64,000 nt of DNA from an uncultured Gammaproteobacteria bacterium (GTDB lineage Bacteria > Patescibacteriota > Microgenomatia > Levybacterales > GWA1-39-11), in assembly GCA_964425075.1 (NCBI GenBank), contig CAYRKM010000001.1, positions 601,827 through 665,826 of the forward strand, given 5' to 3'. Each line of letters opens with the position of its first letter. Within the stretch, counting starts at the first letter, position 1. The position numbers and the translations under genes are program-made. Shown piece by piece: positions 29,373-40,058 of the stretch. The notes below the pieces were generated by a model. It searched no databases, was not told the origin of the DNA, and saw only the letters and a list, made by a program, of their open reading frames with translations.

Positions 29373-29790
29373 TCCGACGATTCAGAAGCGAATAGATAAA
29401 AATCAGGAACTACTTATTGAGCAGCTTAAGAAAACGCCAATTGTTCAAGTTGCGTGTGAGAAAGTCGGGGTAGGCCGAGCTACTTATTACCGATGGAGAA
29501 AAGAAAATGAAGTATTTGCCGAACAAGCAGATGAAGCAATAGCTGAAGGAGCGTTACTTGTGAATGACATGGCCGAGTCCCAACTCATGGCAGCGATTCG
29601 GGATAAAAATCTCACAGCCATCATTTTCTGGTTGAAGCACCATCACCCTCACTACGCAACGAAAGTTGAAGTGACGGCTAGACTAAAAGCTGATAACGAA
29701 GTTTTAACGCCTGAACAAGAAGCACTAGTAACGAAAGCATTAAAACTTGCCTCATTAATTCCTGAAACAAAGGAGGAAGTAAAACAATGA
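29362..29790 (+). CDS. Terminase small subunit-like HTH protein
   Basis: ACEKVGVGRATYYRWR HTH and AESQL..AIIFWLK; overlaps the terL start. Confidence 0.7.
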   Translation: MENNPTIQKRIDKNQELLIEQLKKTPIVQVACEKVGVGRATYYRWRKENEVFAEQADEAIAEGALLVNDMAESQLMAAIRDKNLTAIIFWLKHHHPHYATKVEVTARLKADNEVLTPEQEALVTKALKLASLIPETKEEVKQ

Positions 29791-31313
29791 TTGTTGGAGC
29801 AATTACAGATAACGTGCTCGAAGGAATAAAAAGAGAAAGATCCGTGAGACGAGAAGTCGCAAGAAGTAGCCATCTTTGGTTTTTCTCAATATACCTTGGA
29901 CACTATATCAAGTATCCATTTGCGCCGTTTCATTCAGAAATGTTTGCGCTGACGGAAAATGCTGACATACGATTATCAGTTCTTGTAGCATTTCGTGGTT
30001 CTGGAAAATCAACGCTTATAACTCTGTCTTATCCAATCTGGGCAATTGTGGGAGCACAGCAAAAGAAGTTTGTGCTCATCCTCTCTCAAACCCAAACGCA
30101 AGCAAGACTTCATATGGCAAACATAAAACGAGAGCTTGAGAGTAATGACTTATTAAAAGCAGATATTGGACCATTTGAAGAAGTAAGTGACGAATGGGGA
30201 TCAAATTCAATTGTCATCTCAAAATATGGCGCACGTATTACTGTTGCCTCAACGGAGCAGAGTATTCGAGGATTAAGACATGGGGAGCATCGACCTGATC
30301 TGGTTATTTGTGATGATGTGGAGGATTTAAATAGTGTAAAAACCCGGGAAGGACGAGACAAAACATTCCAATGGCTGGTTGGTGAAGTGCTCCCAATCGG
30401 AGATCAAGAAACAAAGATTGTAATTGTTGGAAATCTTTTGCACGAAGACAGTCTCTTAATGCGACTGAAAAAAGGAATTGAAAATGAAAAACTTAATGGA
30501 AAATATTTTGCCTATCCACTCCTAGATATAAATAATACTATTGCATGGCAGGCTAAATTTAAAACTTTAGAGGACGTTGAGAGATTACGGGCAAGTATTG
30601 GAACAGACTCTGCGTGGTATCGAGAGTATTTATTACGAATAATTTCTGATGCGGACCGCTTAGTCCATCCTGAATGGATTCAGTATTATGACCGGATACC
30701 ATCTGAAGATAGTGGTGACTTCCATTACACTGCAACTGGTATTGATCTGGCGATATCTCAACGGGAGTCTGCAGACTATACTGCAATGGTTTCAGCTAAA
30801 GTATTTGGCTACTATGAGAAATTAAAAATATACATCCTGCCCCATCCCGTAAATGAACGTTTAAGTTTTCCTGAAACCTACGAGAAAGCAAAACAATTGT
30901 CCAAAGATTTAGGGGACGGTCACTATACTAAATTATTTATCGAAGATGTAGGATATCAAGCTGCTCTTATCCAAGACTTATCAAATCACAATGTTCCAGC
31001 AGAAGGGGTAAAGGTATCAGGACAAGATAAAAGATCAAGACTTGCTTTGATAACGCATCTTATTAAGCAAGGAAAAGTTCTCTTCCCTAAGGGAAACCAA
31101 GCTGAAGAACTTATTATGCAACTTACCGGGTTCGGTATTGAGAAACATGACGATTTAGCTGATGCGTTTTCGCTTCTACTTCTAAAGATCCTGGAAGAGG
31201 ATCAAGGAGAGCCAAGTGTCTATATCATCGATATGGGAAGCAGTCTTTATGATAGATATTCACCACTCGGGAATCTGAACGAAGACCGTTTTACACTTGA
31301 TACAAAATTTTAG
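29787..31313 (+). CDS. Phage terminase large subunit
   Basis: Walker A FRGSGKST, RGLRH, Walker B VICDDVE; nuclease motifs GIDLA and HDDLADA. Confidence 0.9.
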   Translation: MIVGAITDNVLEGIKRERSVRREVARSSHLWFFSIYLGHYIKYPFAPFHSEMFALTENADIRLSVLVAFRGSGKSTLITLSYPIWAIVGAQQKKFVLILSQTQTQARLHMANIKRELESNDLLKADIGPFEEVSDEWGSNSIVISKYGARITVASTEQSIRGLRHGEHRPDLVICDDVEDLNSVKTREGRDKTFQWLVGEVLPIGDQETKIVIVGNLLHEDSLLMRLKKGIENEKLNGKYFAYPLLDINNTIAWQAKFKTLEDVERLRASIGTDSAWYREYLLRIISDADRLVHPEWIQYYDRIPSEDSGDFHYTATGIDLAISQRESADYTAMVSAKVFGYYEKLKIYILPHPVNERLSFPETYEKAKQLSKDLGDGHYTKLFIEDVGYQAALIQDLSNHNVPAEGVKVSGQDKRSRLALITHLIKQGKVLFPKGNQAEELIMQLTGFGIEKHDDLADAFSLLLLKILEEDQGEPSVYIIDMGSSLYDRYSPLGNLNEDRFTLDTKF

Positions 31314-31538
31314 CTAAACAGTCGAAGGATACAAATCATCAACTTTTACCTTCAATGCTTTGGCAATACGATAGAGCGTGTAGGATGAAGGTGTTCTTTT
31401 CGCAGTCTCTACAAGATTAATATATGTCCGATAAAAACCACATTCAGCAGAAAGTTGATCTTGAGACCACCCCTTCTTCTTTCTCGCCTCCCTTATATTG
31501 TTACCGACAATTTCGGTAAACTTATACTTACTCAGCAT
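31314..31538 (-). CDS. XRE-family HTH regulator
   Basis: GNNIREARKKKGWSQDQLS..RTYINLVE..TPS..IAKAL. Confidence 0.88.
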   Translation of the reverse strand: MLSKYKFTEIVGNNIREARKKKGWSQDQLSAECGFYRTYINLVETAKRTPSSYTLYRIAKALKVKVDDLYPSTV

Positions 31539-31662
31539 ATAGCATATTTTCCTAGGCTCTCCTACAACTGTGCAACGCACTATTAGTAGAATTACTGCTT
31601 GATTTCCTCTATAATTAGCGATAATGTTGGGTTTAACCTATAAAGAAAGGAGGTGCTAAAAC

Positions 31663-32223
31663 ATGAAGAAATTACTTAAATGGGGAGGAATCGGACTCAT
31701 AATTATTATTGTGCTTGCAGTAATTGCAAGTAGCGGTGGAGATAAATCAGGTAACCAATCCACAACTGACTCAAACTCAGCGGGATCGCCTGATAGCAAG
31801 CAGGACAATACTGCTAAAACATACGGTCTTAATGAGACTGTCCAGGACGGAGATCTTGCTTTTACCGTTACCGGTGTTGAAACAGCCAAAACGCTTGGAA
31901 ATCAATTCACCGAGAAAGATTCTCAGGGCACGTTTTACGTTGTAACCCTGAAAATTGAAAATAAGGGAAACAAAACCGCAACCTTTGATAGCTCAATGGC
32001 GAAAGTAACAGACGACCAAGGCCGTGAATTTGAACGCTCTATCGAAGGCCAAACCGCCAAAGGTATGGCGCAGGGTAGTGTGGATTTATTTCTACAGCAA
32101 ATTCAACCATCATTATCTGTAACAGGAGACTTGGTGTTTGATCTGCCAGCGGATATGCAAAATCCAATGCTGGTTGTTAAAGGTTCACTCTTTGCAAAAG
32201 GAGCGAAAATTAAGCTTCAGTAA
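31663..32223 (+). CDS. Membrane-anchored Ig-like protein (DUF4352-like)
   Basis: AGGAGG RBS; TM helix, Ser-rich linker, FYVVTLKIEN..DDQGREF..IQP..GDLVFD. Confidence 0.75.
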   Translation: MKKLLKWGGIGLIIIIVLAVIASSGGDKSGNQSTTDSNSAGSPDSKQDNTAKTYGLNETVQDGDLAFTVTGVETAKTLGNQFTEKDSQGTFYVVTLKIENKGNKTATFDSSMAKVTDDQGREFERSIEGQTAKGMAQGSVDLFLQQIQPSLSVTGDLVFDLPADMQNPMLVVKGSLFAKGAKIKLQ

Positions 32224-32245
32224 AAATAACGGATCCGTTATTTTC

Positions 32246-32274
32246 AAAAGCCCCTTCTTTAAGGAGGGGCTTTT
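32246..32274 (+). terminator. Bidirectional intrinsic terminator at the core/cargo boundary
   Basis: aaaagcccctt..gaggggctttt; preceded by a perfect 22-bp palindrome at 32223-32244. Confidence 0.8.
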
Positions 32275-32287
32275 AGTTCTTGACACA

Positions 32288-32306
32288 CTACTACACAATG
32301 TAGTAG
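32288..32306. promoter_or_regulatory. BlaI/CopY-type operator 1
   Basis: ctactaca-caa-tgtagtag, just downstream of TTGACA (32280-32285). Confidence 0.75.
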
Positions 32307-32326
32307 ATTATCTCTATGGGGGGTAT

Positions 32327-32599
32327 ATGTCATACAGGCCTAAAGATACACAAGAGCGAATAATCCACCGTCTCAAGATCGCAAAGGGGCAACTAGAGAA
32401 AGTAATCAAAATGGTTGAAGAAGATACATATTGTATTGATATCCTTCACCAATCGCACGCTATACAGAAAGCCCTAAAAGAGACAGATCATCTCATGCTT
32501 GAGAATCATCTACAAAAATGTGCCGCTGATGCTATTGGCAAAGGTCGCAAAGATGAAGCAATAAAAGAAGTAATGCAAGTTTTCAAAAAATCTCAATGA
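32327..32599 (+). CDS. csoR: CsoR/RcnR-family metal-sensing repressor
   Basis: RLKIAKGQL..YCIDILHQ..ENHLQKC (C-H-C ligands); G-tract tatggggggta just upstream. Confidence 0.85.
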   Translation: MSYRPKDTQERIIHRLKIAKGQLEKVIKMVEEDTYCIDILHQSHAIQKALKETDHLMLENHLQKCAADAIGKGRKDEAIKEVMQVFKKSQ

Positions 32600-33384
32600 A
32601 AGTGATTTTAATTATTGTTATTTTATTCTTTGCCATAGCCGCGTCAGGATTTCTATATTTTACGGTTAATAGAAATGGCACGAAAGCTCAAGAGAACTCA
32701 AGAACAAAAGTTCAGCAGAGTAATTCAAGCTTACAAGATCTCGTTGTTGCTCCACAAAAACCCACGGATAAAGTAATTGTAGAAAAAGTTACTCTCAAGA
32801 AAGCTGGATTTCTTGCTCTACGTGAGATGGAAGGAGACACACTGAGCCAAATTGTTGAGATAAGTACTTTCTTAAAGGTAGGAACACACACTGATGTGGA
32901 GATTCCTCTTAACAACGTGGATATTACGGATAAGGATCTTATTGTAATGGTTTATGAAGATCAAGAAAATGATCAGGTTTTTAATGATCTTGAGATTCCG
33001 GCAGTCAATGAGAAAGGTTCTTTGATTGCAAGATATGTAAAAACTGGTGAACCCCTTCCAGAAAATCTAGTTGAAGGAAATACATCTGACATGCCTGCAC
33101 ACAGCATGGAAGGAATGGTAACAGTAAAGTATACAGATAATGGATTTACACCAAATAAGATAGAAATTAACGAGGGAGATATGGTTGAATTTCGAAATGA
33201 GAGTAACAGGAATATGTGGGTTGCCTCAGCCAATCACCCGGCACATGAAGTTCTACCTACTTTTGACCAATTCAGAGCGTTTACGAAAGGTTCTGTATAT
33301 CGCTATGTATTCAAAAAGACAGGTTCATGGGAGTATCACGATCACTTAAGTCCAACTTTAGGAGGAGTAGTTGTCGTAAATTAA
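32596..33384 (+). CDS. Exported cupredoxin-domain protein
   Basis: N-terminal TM; C-terminal GFTP..I..GDMVEF.N..HPAH..GSWEYHDHL..GVVVV. Confidence 0.75.
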   Translation: MKVILIIVILFFAIAASGFLYFTVNRNGTKAQENSRTKVQQSNSSLQDLVVAPQKPTDKVIVEKVTLKKAGFLALREMEGDTLSQIVEISTFLKVGTHTDVEIPLNNVDITDKDLIVMVYEDQENDQVFNDLEIPAVNEKGSLIARYVKTGEPLPENLVEGNTSDMPAHSMEGMVTVKYTDNGFTPNKIEINEGDMVEFRNESNRNMWVASANHPAHEVLPTFDQFRAFTKGSVYRYVFKKTGSWEYHDHLSPTLGGVVVVN

Positions 33385-33422
33385 ATGTAAATATTGAAAT
33401 GTAGGACATAATAACTTTTACT

Positions 33423-34580
33423 ATGCAATTATCAAAACACATATATACAATTGCTTCATTTGTTTTTGTAATATTCGTATTGGGACTAGCCTTTTTCTCC
33501 GATAAAATAGCTGCTACTAATAACTCAACTGTTAAACAAAATCAAGCCGCAGAAAAATTATATGTAGCCTTAGAGGATGATGGTGCAATCGCTGTGATTG
33601 ATACAAAAGATAATTCACTTCTTGGCAAAATCGATCTTACAGAAAAGAATGGGGAGATGGAAGTCGGTTACTCAGCTCATAATGTGCAGGTAGCACCGGA
33701 TGGCAAAAGTGTTTGGGTAACTGCAAACTTTATGGGTCTTGGGGGACATGAAGGAGAAAATGATACCACTGAAAATGAAGAAACAAAAGAAGCATTTTCA
33801 GACCAAGTGATAATCATTGATCCCCAAAAGGATTCTATAGTAAAACGTATTGATATAGGAGCTGATCAGCATCTTGCCCACATAGTTGTAACCAGGGGCG
33901 GAAAAACTGCCTTTGCTACCGCGCAGGAACCAGGACTGGTATATAAAATAAACGGTGTAACATACGAAGTCGAGAAAACTATCCCTCTTACAAAAGATGC
34001 AGAGCCGCATGGTCTAAGACTTTCAGCAGATGACACAAAAGCTTTTGTTGCACTTATAGATGGAAAAGGCATTGGTGTAGTCGATACCAGAACAAATGAA
34101 GTAAAAACTGTCCCACTTTCAGGAAGCGCTGTACAAACAGCGGTTATTCCTAATACTAACTATATTGCAGCTTCGGTGTACGATACAAAGCAGATAGCAT
34201 TTTATGATACCGTTACAGGGGAAGTTTCCTATGTAGATTTACCTGCTGAATCTGAAGGCGCAATCCAATCATATGCTACACCAGATGGAAGGTATTTATA
34301 TATTGCAGATCAAGGATATTACTTCGGCAAACCAACAAGTGATTATGTGTATGTTATTGATGTTCAAGGGAAGCAGGTTGTTGGCAAAATTCAGGCAGGT
34401 GTTGCGCCTCACGGTGTTGTAGTGTCCCCTGATGGGAAAAGAGCGTATATTACAAATCTTTTAAGTGATGACATTTCAGTTATTGATACAGCCACTGATA
34501 AAGAACTTACCAAAATAAAAGTTGGAAAAATGCCAAATGGTATTAGCTTGTGGTCACACCAATCGGGAGGTACACCTTAA
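33423..34580 (+). CDS. YVTN/YncE-like beta-propeller protein
   Basis: Repeats such as [23 protein letters not shown]. Confidence 0.85.
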   Translation: MQLSKHIYTIASFVFVIFVLGLAFFSDKIAATNNSTVKQNQAAEKLYVALEDDGAIAVIDTKDNSLLGKIDLTEKNGEMEVGYSAHNVQVAPDGKSVWVTANFMGLGGHEGENDTTENEETKEAFSDQVIIIDPQKDSIVKRIDIGADQHLAHIVVTRGGKTAFATAQEPGLVYKINGVTYEVEKTIPLTKDAEPHGLRLSADDTKAFVALIDGKGIGVVDTRTNEVKTVPLSGSAVQTAVIPNTNYIAASVYDTKQIAFYDTVTGEVSYVDLPAESEGAIQSYATPDGRYLYIADQGYYFGKPTSDYVYVIDVQGKQVVGKIQAGVAPHGVVVSPDGKRAYITNLLSDDISVIDTATDKELTKIKVGKMPNGISLWSHQSGGTP

Positions 34581-36859
34581 TGGAAACGAAAACATTTCAA
34601 GTTAAAGGGATGCACTGCGCATCCTGCGCAAATATCATAAAAAGAAAATTAGAAAAGCTCGAGGGAGTTACAACTTGCACTGTTAATTTCGGAACAGAAA
34701 AAGCAGAAGTAGCATTTGATGCTACGAAAGTTGGGTTGCTTCAGATGAATGAGCAAGTTAACAAGCTTGGGTATACTCTTAATACTACTGAAGCTCCTAA
34801 TGCTTCTGAACAATCACAAGTTTCGACAGAAAATGAGGCAAAAGAGCAAAAGCTTAAAGAACTTGAAGAAATGAGGCAGAAAACAGCCTTTGTCATGCCG
34901 ATTGCAGCAGTTGTTTTTGTCTTGATGCTCTGGGAAATTCTTGTCTCTAGGGTAGCGTTTCTTCCTACCTTTCCTCTTTCAATGGATGCATTTAACAGAG
35001 CATCATTTATATTGGCAACTCCTGTCATGTTCTGGATCGGGAAACCTTTTATTAACGGCGTGGTACGGTTTATTAAGTATAGAGCCGCAAATATGGATAC
35101 ACTGGTTGGAATTGGTACATTAGTTGCATACTTCTACAGCAGTATTATGCTTCTTTTTCCTGAAATAAAGACGCTTCTAAACGCTCCTGAAGGGTTATAT
35201 TATGATGTAACAATTGTCGTTATTGGATTTATTACGTTAGGTAAGTATCTTGAAGCAAAATCAAAACTTAAGACTGGTGAGGCAATTGAAAAACTTTTAG
35301 GGCTTGCGGCAAAATCTGCTATTGTGATTCGCGATGGAAAAGAATTAGAGATTCCCATTGGACAAGTAGTTGTCGACGATACGCTTATTGTGAAACCAGG
35401 TCAAAAAATCCCAGTAGATGGAGAGATTATTCAAGGAAAATCCTCAATAGATGAGTCCATGATTACAGGAGAATCAATACCAGTTGATAAAACTGTTGGG
35501 GATACCGTGATCGGTGCAACTATTAATAAACACGGCGCATTTCAAATGAAGGCAACACAGGTAGGAGGACAAACAGTTTTGTCTCAAATAATAAAAATGG
35601 TTGAGGCGGCTCAAGGATCAAAAGCGCCTATTGAAAGGATAGCCGATCAAGTATCAGGAGTTTTCGTTCCCATTGTTTTGGTATTTGCAGTTATTGTCCT
35701 TCTTTTATGGCTCACTGTTGGATCTCAATTTATGCCATTCTCTCAAGCTCTCTCGCTTGGTCTTATTAGCTTTGTAGGAATTTTGGTTATCGCCTGTCCA
35801 TGCGCAATGGGTCTTGCAACTCCCACCGCTGTCATAGTCGGCGTTGGTAAAGCAGCGCAAAATGGTATCTTAATTAAGAATGCAGAAAGTCTTGAGAAGT
35901 TTCAAGGTATTAACTTTGTTGTGATGGATAAAACAGGCACGATTACTAATGGAACACCCGCAGTAACGGATATAAAAGTGACTGCAAAAATAGCGCAAAA
36001 AAAGATATTACAGCTGCTTGCGTCTTTAGAAAAACAATCAGAACACCCATTAGCTCAGGCAGTAGTTGATGCGGCAAAAGATGAAAATATTAGCTTCTTA
36101 TCAGTTTCTCACTTCAAGGCATTGGAAGGAAAGGGGCTTGAAGGAAGTATTGCCGGAACGCATTACTTTGCCGGAAATCTTAAATTAGCAGATGATCTTG
36201 GGTTAAAAGTTGATACAAATTTGATTAAAAAATTAACTTCGCAAGGAAAAACACCAGTAGTCTTTGCAACTAAAAAAGCAATTATTGCCTATGTTGCTAT
36301 AGCCGATACCATCAAAGAAGACGCAAAAGAAGCAGTTGCAGCGCTTCATAAGCTTGGTATCAAAGTTGCAATGCTAACAGGAGATAACAGACGTACTGCA
36401 GAACACATTGCAAAGCAAGTTGGCATTGATCGGGTTATTGCAGAAGTGCTACCAAGCGATAAGGCGAAGGAAGTAAAAAAGCTACAGGATGAAGGGTATA
36501 AAGTCGCAATGGTAGGTGATGGTATTAATGATGCACCAGCGCTTGCTACGGCTGATGTGGGAGTGGCAATGGGCACAGGAACTGATGTGGCTATTGAGTC
36601 TGCAGGAATAACCCTTCTTGGCGGTCACATTTCTAAATTACCAAAAGCAATAAAGCTTTCCCGTAAAACTATGCGGGTTATCAAACAGAATCTGTTCTGG
36701 GCATTTTTCTATAATATTGTCGGGATCCCGGTAGCTGCGGGAGCGCTATATCCATTTATAGGTATTATGCTTTCTCCTGCGATTGCAGGGGCAGCGATGG
36801 CCTTTAGCAGTGTTTCAGTCGTGACCAATTCACTTCTTCTAAAACGTCATAGACTTTAA
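34580..36859 (+). CDS. copA: Cu(I)-exporting P1B-1 ATPase
   Basis: [33 protein letters not shown] and MAFSS. Confidence 0.95.
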   Translation: METKTFQVKGMHCASCANIIKRKLEKLEGVTTCTVNFGTEKAEVAFDATKVGLLQMNEQVNKLGYTLNTTEAPNASEQSQVSTENEAKEQKLKELEEMRQKTAFVMPIAAVVFVLMLWEILVSRVAFLPTFPLSMDAFNRASFILATPVMFWIGKPFINGVVRFIKYRAANMDTLVGIGTLVAYFYSSIMLLFPEIKTLLNAPEGLYYDVTIVVIGFITLGKYLEAKSKLKTGEAIEKLLGLAAKSAIVIRDGKELEIPIGQVVVDDTLIVKPGQKIPVDGEIIQGKSSIDESMITGESIPVDKTVGDTVIGATINKHGAFQMKATQVGGQTVLSQIIKMVEAAQGSKAPIERIADQVSGVFVPIVLVFAVIVLLLWLTVGSQFMPFSQALSLGLISFVGILVIACPCAMGLATPTAVIVGVGKAAQNGILIKNAESLEKFQGINFVVMDKTGTITNGTPAVTDIKVTAKIAQKKILQLLASLEKQSEHPLAQAVVDAAKDENISFLSVSHFKALEGKGLEGSIAGTHYFAGNLKLADDLGLKVDTNLIKKLTSQGKTPVVFATKKAIIAYVAIADTIKEDAKEAVAALHKLGIKVAMLTGDNRRTAEHIAKQVGIDRVIAEVLPSDKAKEVKKLQDEGYKVAMVGDGINDAPALATADVGVAMGTGTDVAIESAGITLLGGHISKLPKAIKLSRKTMRVIKQNLFWAFFYNIVGIPVAAGALYPFIGIMLSPAIAGAAMAFSSVSVVTNSLLLKRHRL

Positions 36860-36863
36860 CTTT

Positions 36864-37589
36864 ATGAAAATTCTCAAGTTGGTAATAATTTGTATTTTTT
36901 TATTGGCCGTTATAGGAGGAGTTATTGTTTGGCAAAAAACAAACTTCTCTCCTTCAAGCCAACAAATAAATAATACTCAAAATCTTGATAAGGAGTATCA
37001 ACTAGCTGAAGGAAAAATAACTATTCTGGATAGACATAATAAGAAAGAAATAGCCACAATCGACTTAGCTGCAAAAGAAGGAGATTTCCTCATTAAATTT
37101 TATCCCCATGACATTACAACGGTAGATGATAAAAATCAGATTTGGATAACAGTAAGTGCATCACAAGAAGAAATACAGACAATAACCAAAGAACTTGTCG
37201 AAAAAACACAAAGAGATCAGCACGTTATGATGGCTACAGATCAGGTAATTGTCATAGATAAAACTTTAGACAAGATTGTAAAAAGAATCCCAATAGGAGT
37301 AAGTTTAGGATTAGCAGATATTATCATTGCGCCAGATAATAGAAACGCTTATGTTACAGTAGAGGCGAGTGCTGTTTACAAAGTTAACATAGATACCCAT
37401 AAAGTGGAATTAATACAACTGCCTCCTGAAAGTAAACCTCATCAGCTTGCTTTATCAGCTTCAGGAGCAGAACTTTACACAAAAAATCAGGTAAATGGTA
37501 GTGTTTATCTAATTTCGACAAAAACAAATGAAGTTAAGAACTTAAAAGATACTGAAGAGATAAAAAATCTTAGATGGTCGAGTCACTAA
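36864..37589 (+). CDS. Short YncE-like beta-propeller protein
   Basis: DQVIVID..KIVKRI and PHQLALS; similar to the N-terminal half of the 33423 ORF. Confidence 0.65.
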   Translation: MKILKLVIICIFLLAVIGGVIVWQKTNFSPSSQQINNTQNLDKEYQLAEGKITILDRHNKKEIATIDLAAKEGDFLIKFYPHDITTVDDKNQIWITVSASQEEIQTITKELVEKTQRDQHVMMATDQVIVIDKTLDKIVKRIPIGVSLGLADIIIAPDNRNAYVTVEASAVYKVNIDTHKVELIQLPPESKPHQLALSASGAELYTKNQVNGSVYLISTKTNEVKNLKDTEEIKNLRWSSH

Positions 37590-37603
37590 ACGAAATAGTA
37601 ATT

Positions 37604-38581
37604 ATGAATAGAAAGTTAATAATCTTATTTGTATTATTAGTTATTTTTGCAGGAGCATTTTTTCTCTGGCAAAGAAATAACTTCTCTGTCTCGAATCAAC
37701 AAATAGGCACTCCCCAAAATACAAATCCTGAGAGTGATCAGTTATCAGATACTAACAATAATCAGTCGTTTATTGAAGGCTTACAAAATAGGGAGTTTAA
37801 AGGCGGAGAAATAAAAATTGAAGAAACACTAGCACATAATAACTCCTATACAAGTTATATTTTTTCTTATCCCTCAGATAATTTAAAAATTTACGGCATG
37901 ATGAATATTCCCGAAGGAGATGGACCGTTTCCGGTTATTGTTCTTAATCATGGTTACTATAATCCTTCAAGTTTTAATAGCGGTGATGGTACACGAACAA
38001 TGGCAGATATTCTTGCGACAAATGGCTACATTACAGTTGCTTCAGATTATAGAGGACATGGACAATCAGAAGATGATGGACAAAGACGAGGAGGTCATCG
38101 ACCGGAGTTTGCAATTGATGTTTTAAATCTTATCGCTTCAATAAAGAGTATTGATAAAGCAGATCCAAATAGGATTGGTATGTGGGGACATAGTATGGGA
38201 GGAGAGGTGGCTTTGAGAGTTGCAGAAGCAACAGATAAAGTAAAAGCAATTGCATTGTGGGCACCAACGAGCGCAAATGCTTCAGATAATGCTAATTTTT
38301 ATGGAGGAAGGCATAATCCTAATACAAATAATCCTGAGAATGATGGTATATCACCTATTAACTATTTACAGTACATCTCAGCACCAATTAGCTTACATCA
38401 GGGATTAGTTGACGTAGAAGTAAAACCTGAGTGGTCAAAGCAATTGAATGATGCTTTGAAAAAAGAAGGAAAGCAGGTTGAATATTTTGAGTATGAAGGG
38501 CAAGATCATAACTTTAGAAATTTAGGTTGGGATTTGATTTCTCAAAGAACTTTAGAGTTCTATAACAAGTACCTAAAGTAG
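37604..38581 (+). CDS. Exported alpha/beta hydrolase (S9-like)
   Basis: VLNHG, DYRGHG, GHSMGG nucleophile elbow, and D and H of the triad near the C-terminus. Confidence 0.85.
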   Translation: MNRKLIILFVLLVIFAGAFFLWQRNNFSVSNQQIGTPQNTNPESDQLSDTNNNQSFIEGLQNREFKGGEIKIEETLAHNNSYTSYIFSYPSDNLKIYGMMNIPEGDGPFPVIVLNHGYYNPSSFNSGDGTRTMADILATNGYITVASDYRGHGQSEDDGQRRGGHRPEFAIDVLNLIASIKSIDKADPNRIGMWGHSMGGEVALRVAEATDKVKAIALWAPTSANASDNANFYGGRHNPNTNNPENDGISPINYLQYISAPISLHQGLVDVEVKPEWSKQLNDALKKEGKQVEYFEYEGQDHNFRNLGWDLISQRTLEFYNKYLK

Positions 38582-38600
38582 TGATTTGTTATCTAACCTG

Positions 38601-38613
38601 CTACAATATGTAG
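38601..38613. promoter_or_regulatory. BlaI/CopY-type operator 2 (autoregulatory position)
   Basis: ctaca-ata-tgtag abutting the repressor ATG. Confidence 0.7.
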
Positions 38614-38614
38614 T

Positions 38615-38992
38615 ATGAAACCTAATCTTGGTGAGCTTGAGCAACAGATCATGGACATTGTTTGGGAGCACAAAAACTGCTCTGCTCGTGATGTTCTTAA
38701 TATGATTGAGAAAGATAAAAAACTTGCATACACCACCGTCGCAACAATCTTACAAAGACTCTTCGATAAAGGTCTTCTTACTCGAAATGAAAATACTGCT
38801 GGACATATTTACTCTCCTAAGGTTTCAAAGGAAAAATACACAAAAAATGTCGCTCAGTCGTTTTTAAAGAACTTCATAAATTCTTTTGGTGATACCGCAA
38901 TCGCCTCATTTGCGGACAGTATTGATAAGCTGCCGGAAAAAAAGAGAAAGTATTTTTTAAAAGTTCTCGACGAGTATGATAAAAATAAATAA
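38615..38992 (+). CDS. BlaI/MecI/CopY-family repressor lacking the CopY Cys tail
   Basis: LGELEQQIMDIVW, LAYTTVATILQRLFDKG and HIYSP. Confidence 0.9.
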   Translation: MKPNLGELEQQIMDIVWEHKNCSARDVLNMIEKDKKLAYTTVATILQRLFDKGLLTRNENTAGHIYSPKVSKEKYTKNVAQSFLKNFINSFGDTAIASFADSIDKLPEKKRKYFLKVLDEYDKNK

Positions 38993-39983
38993 AAATCTTT
39001 CCTTATTTTCGGGGTTATTTCTTTTATTGGGAACGCTTTTACTTTACACGCTTCAAAAGTTTTCTCCACTTTTAGGTCACGTTACATATTACTGTCAGTC
39101 ATTACTAATAGATGCAAATATGGTCCCGATACCCTATTACCTTAGTATGATTCCATTTGCTTTACTTTTCATTATTTTGGCAATTTCTGTAATAAAGTTT
39201 CTTGTTCTAAACATTAAAGTACAATTTCTTAAATTTAAATTAAAAGGAAGTGTTGCTATTGATACTAGCACTTATAAACTAATCAGTCGGCTTGGATTAC
39301 AAGATAAAGCAATCCTTGTAAAGTCAGATAAGCAGTTTGCATTTTGTTTAGGCGTCAGAATGCCCAAGATTTACTTTTCAACTGGTTTACTTACTCAGTT
39401 GTCACAGAAAGAATTAGAAGCAGTGCTATTACATGAACAATATCATTTAGAAAATTATGATACATTTACTATGATTGTCGCATCAGTCGCGCAATCACTG
39501 TTTCCTTTTTTCCCATTGATTAATGATCTTATTAATAAATACAGGATTGAAAGAGAAATAGCTGCTGACAAATTTGCAGTTGACAAGTTAGCTGACAAAT
39601 ACATACTTATATCGGCCCTTAAAAAACTTCTTGCGTTTCCTACTGTTCAGGCAGCACCAGTTGCTGCTATTGCAGACCAGGATACACTAGAACCAAGAAT
39701 TTACTCGCTTGTAAATAAACCATATGTCAGGCGACACTTTAAACTAAAACATGCATTTATAACCTTATTTTCTTGTTTGGTACTTGCAGCAGTTATTGTT
39801 ATGCCAGTACATGCCAAAGAGCTTCACCACGAAGAACATGATGTCATGATGCTCTGTACAGATGGAGAATGTATGAACTCATGCACAAGCGAAAAGAACT
39901 TGAATAAACTTTATTCTGAAATACCAGGTGCTGAAGTGAATCAGTCAATCTCATCACAACCATACAGTCCAATTCATAAGTAG
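38976..39983 (+). CDS. BlaR1-like M56 membrane metallopeptidase with His/Met/Cys-rich C-terminal tail
   Basis: AFCLG..PKI, ELEAVLLHEQYH, REIAADKFA and EPRI; tail HAKELHHEEHDVMMLCTDGECMNSC. Confidence 0.85.
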   Translation: MIKINKNLSLFSGLFLLLGTLLLYTLQKFSPLLGHVTYYCQSLLIDANMVPIPYYLSMIPFALLFIILAISVIKFLVLNIKVQFLKFKLKGSVAIDTSTYKLISRLGLQDKAILVKSDKQFAFCLGVRMPKIYFSTGLLTQLSQKELEAVLLHEQYHLENYDTFTMIVASVAQSLFPFFPLINDLINKYRIEREIAADKFAVDKLADKYILISALKKLLAFPTVQAAPVAAIADQDTLEPRIYSLVNKPYVRRHFKLKHAFITLFSCLVLAAVIVMPVHAKELHHEEHDVMMLCTDGECMNSCTSEKNLNKLYSEIPGAEVNQSISSQPYSPIHK

Positions 39984-40021
39984 CCTCTAATAAATTTACC
40001 CTTGACAACACTAGAATTATA

Positions 40022-40040
40022 CTACTACAATATGTAGTAG
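40022..40040. promoter_or_regulatory. BlaI/CopY-type operator 3
   Basis: ctactaca-ata-tgtagtag overlapping the -10 (TACAAT) of a TTGACA promoter. Confidence 0.78.
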
Positions 40041-40058
40041 GCAGTTTTTAACAGTAGT

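Noticed and set aside
26540-31313. Intact prophage
   Set aside because: Terminase genes are present, but no portal, capsid, tail or lysis genes are recognisable on either side
38615-39983. Beta-lactam resistance regulators blaI/blaR1
   Set aside because: No penicillin-binding sensor domain or beta-lactamase; the operators lie in front of copper genes
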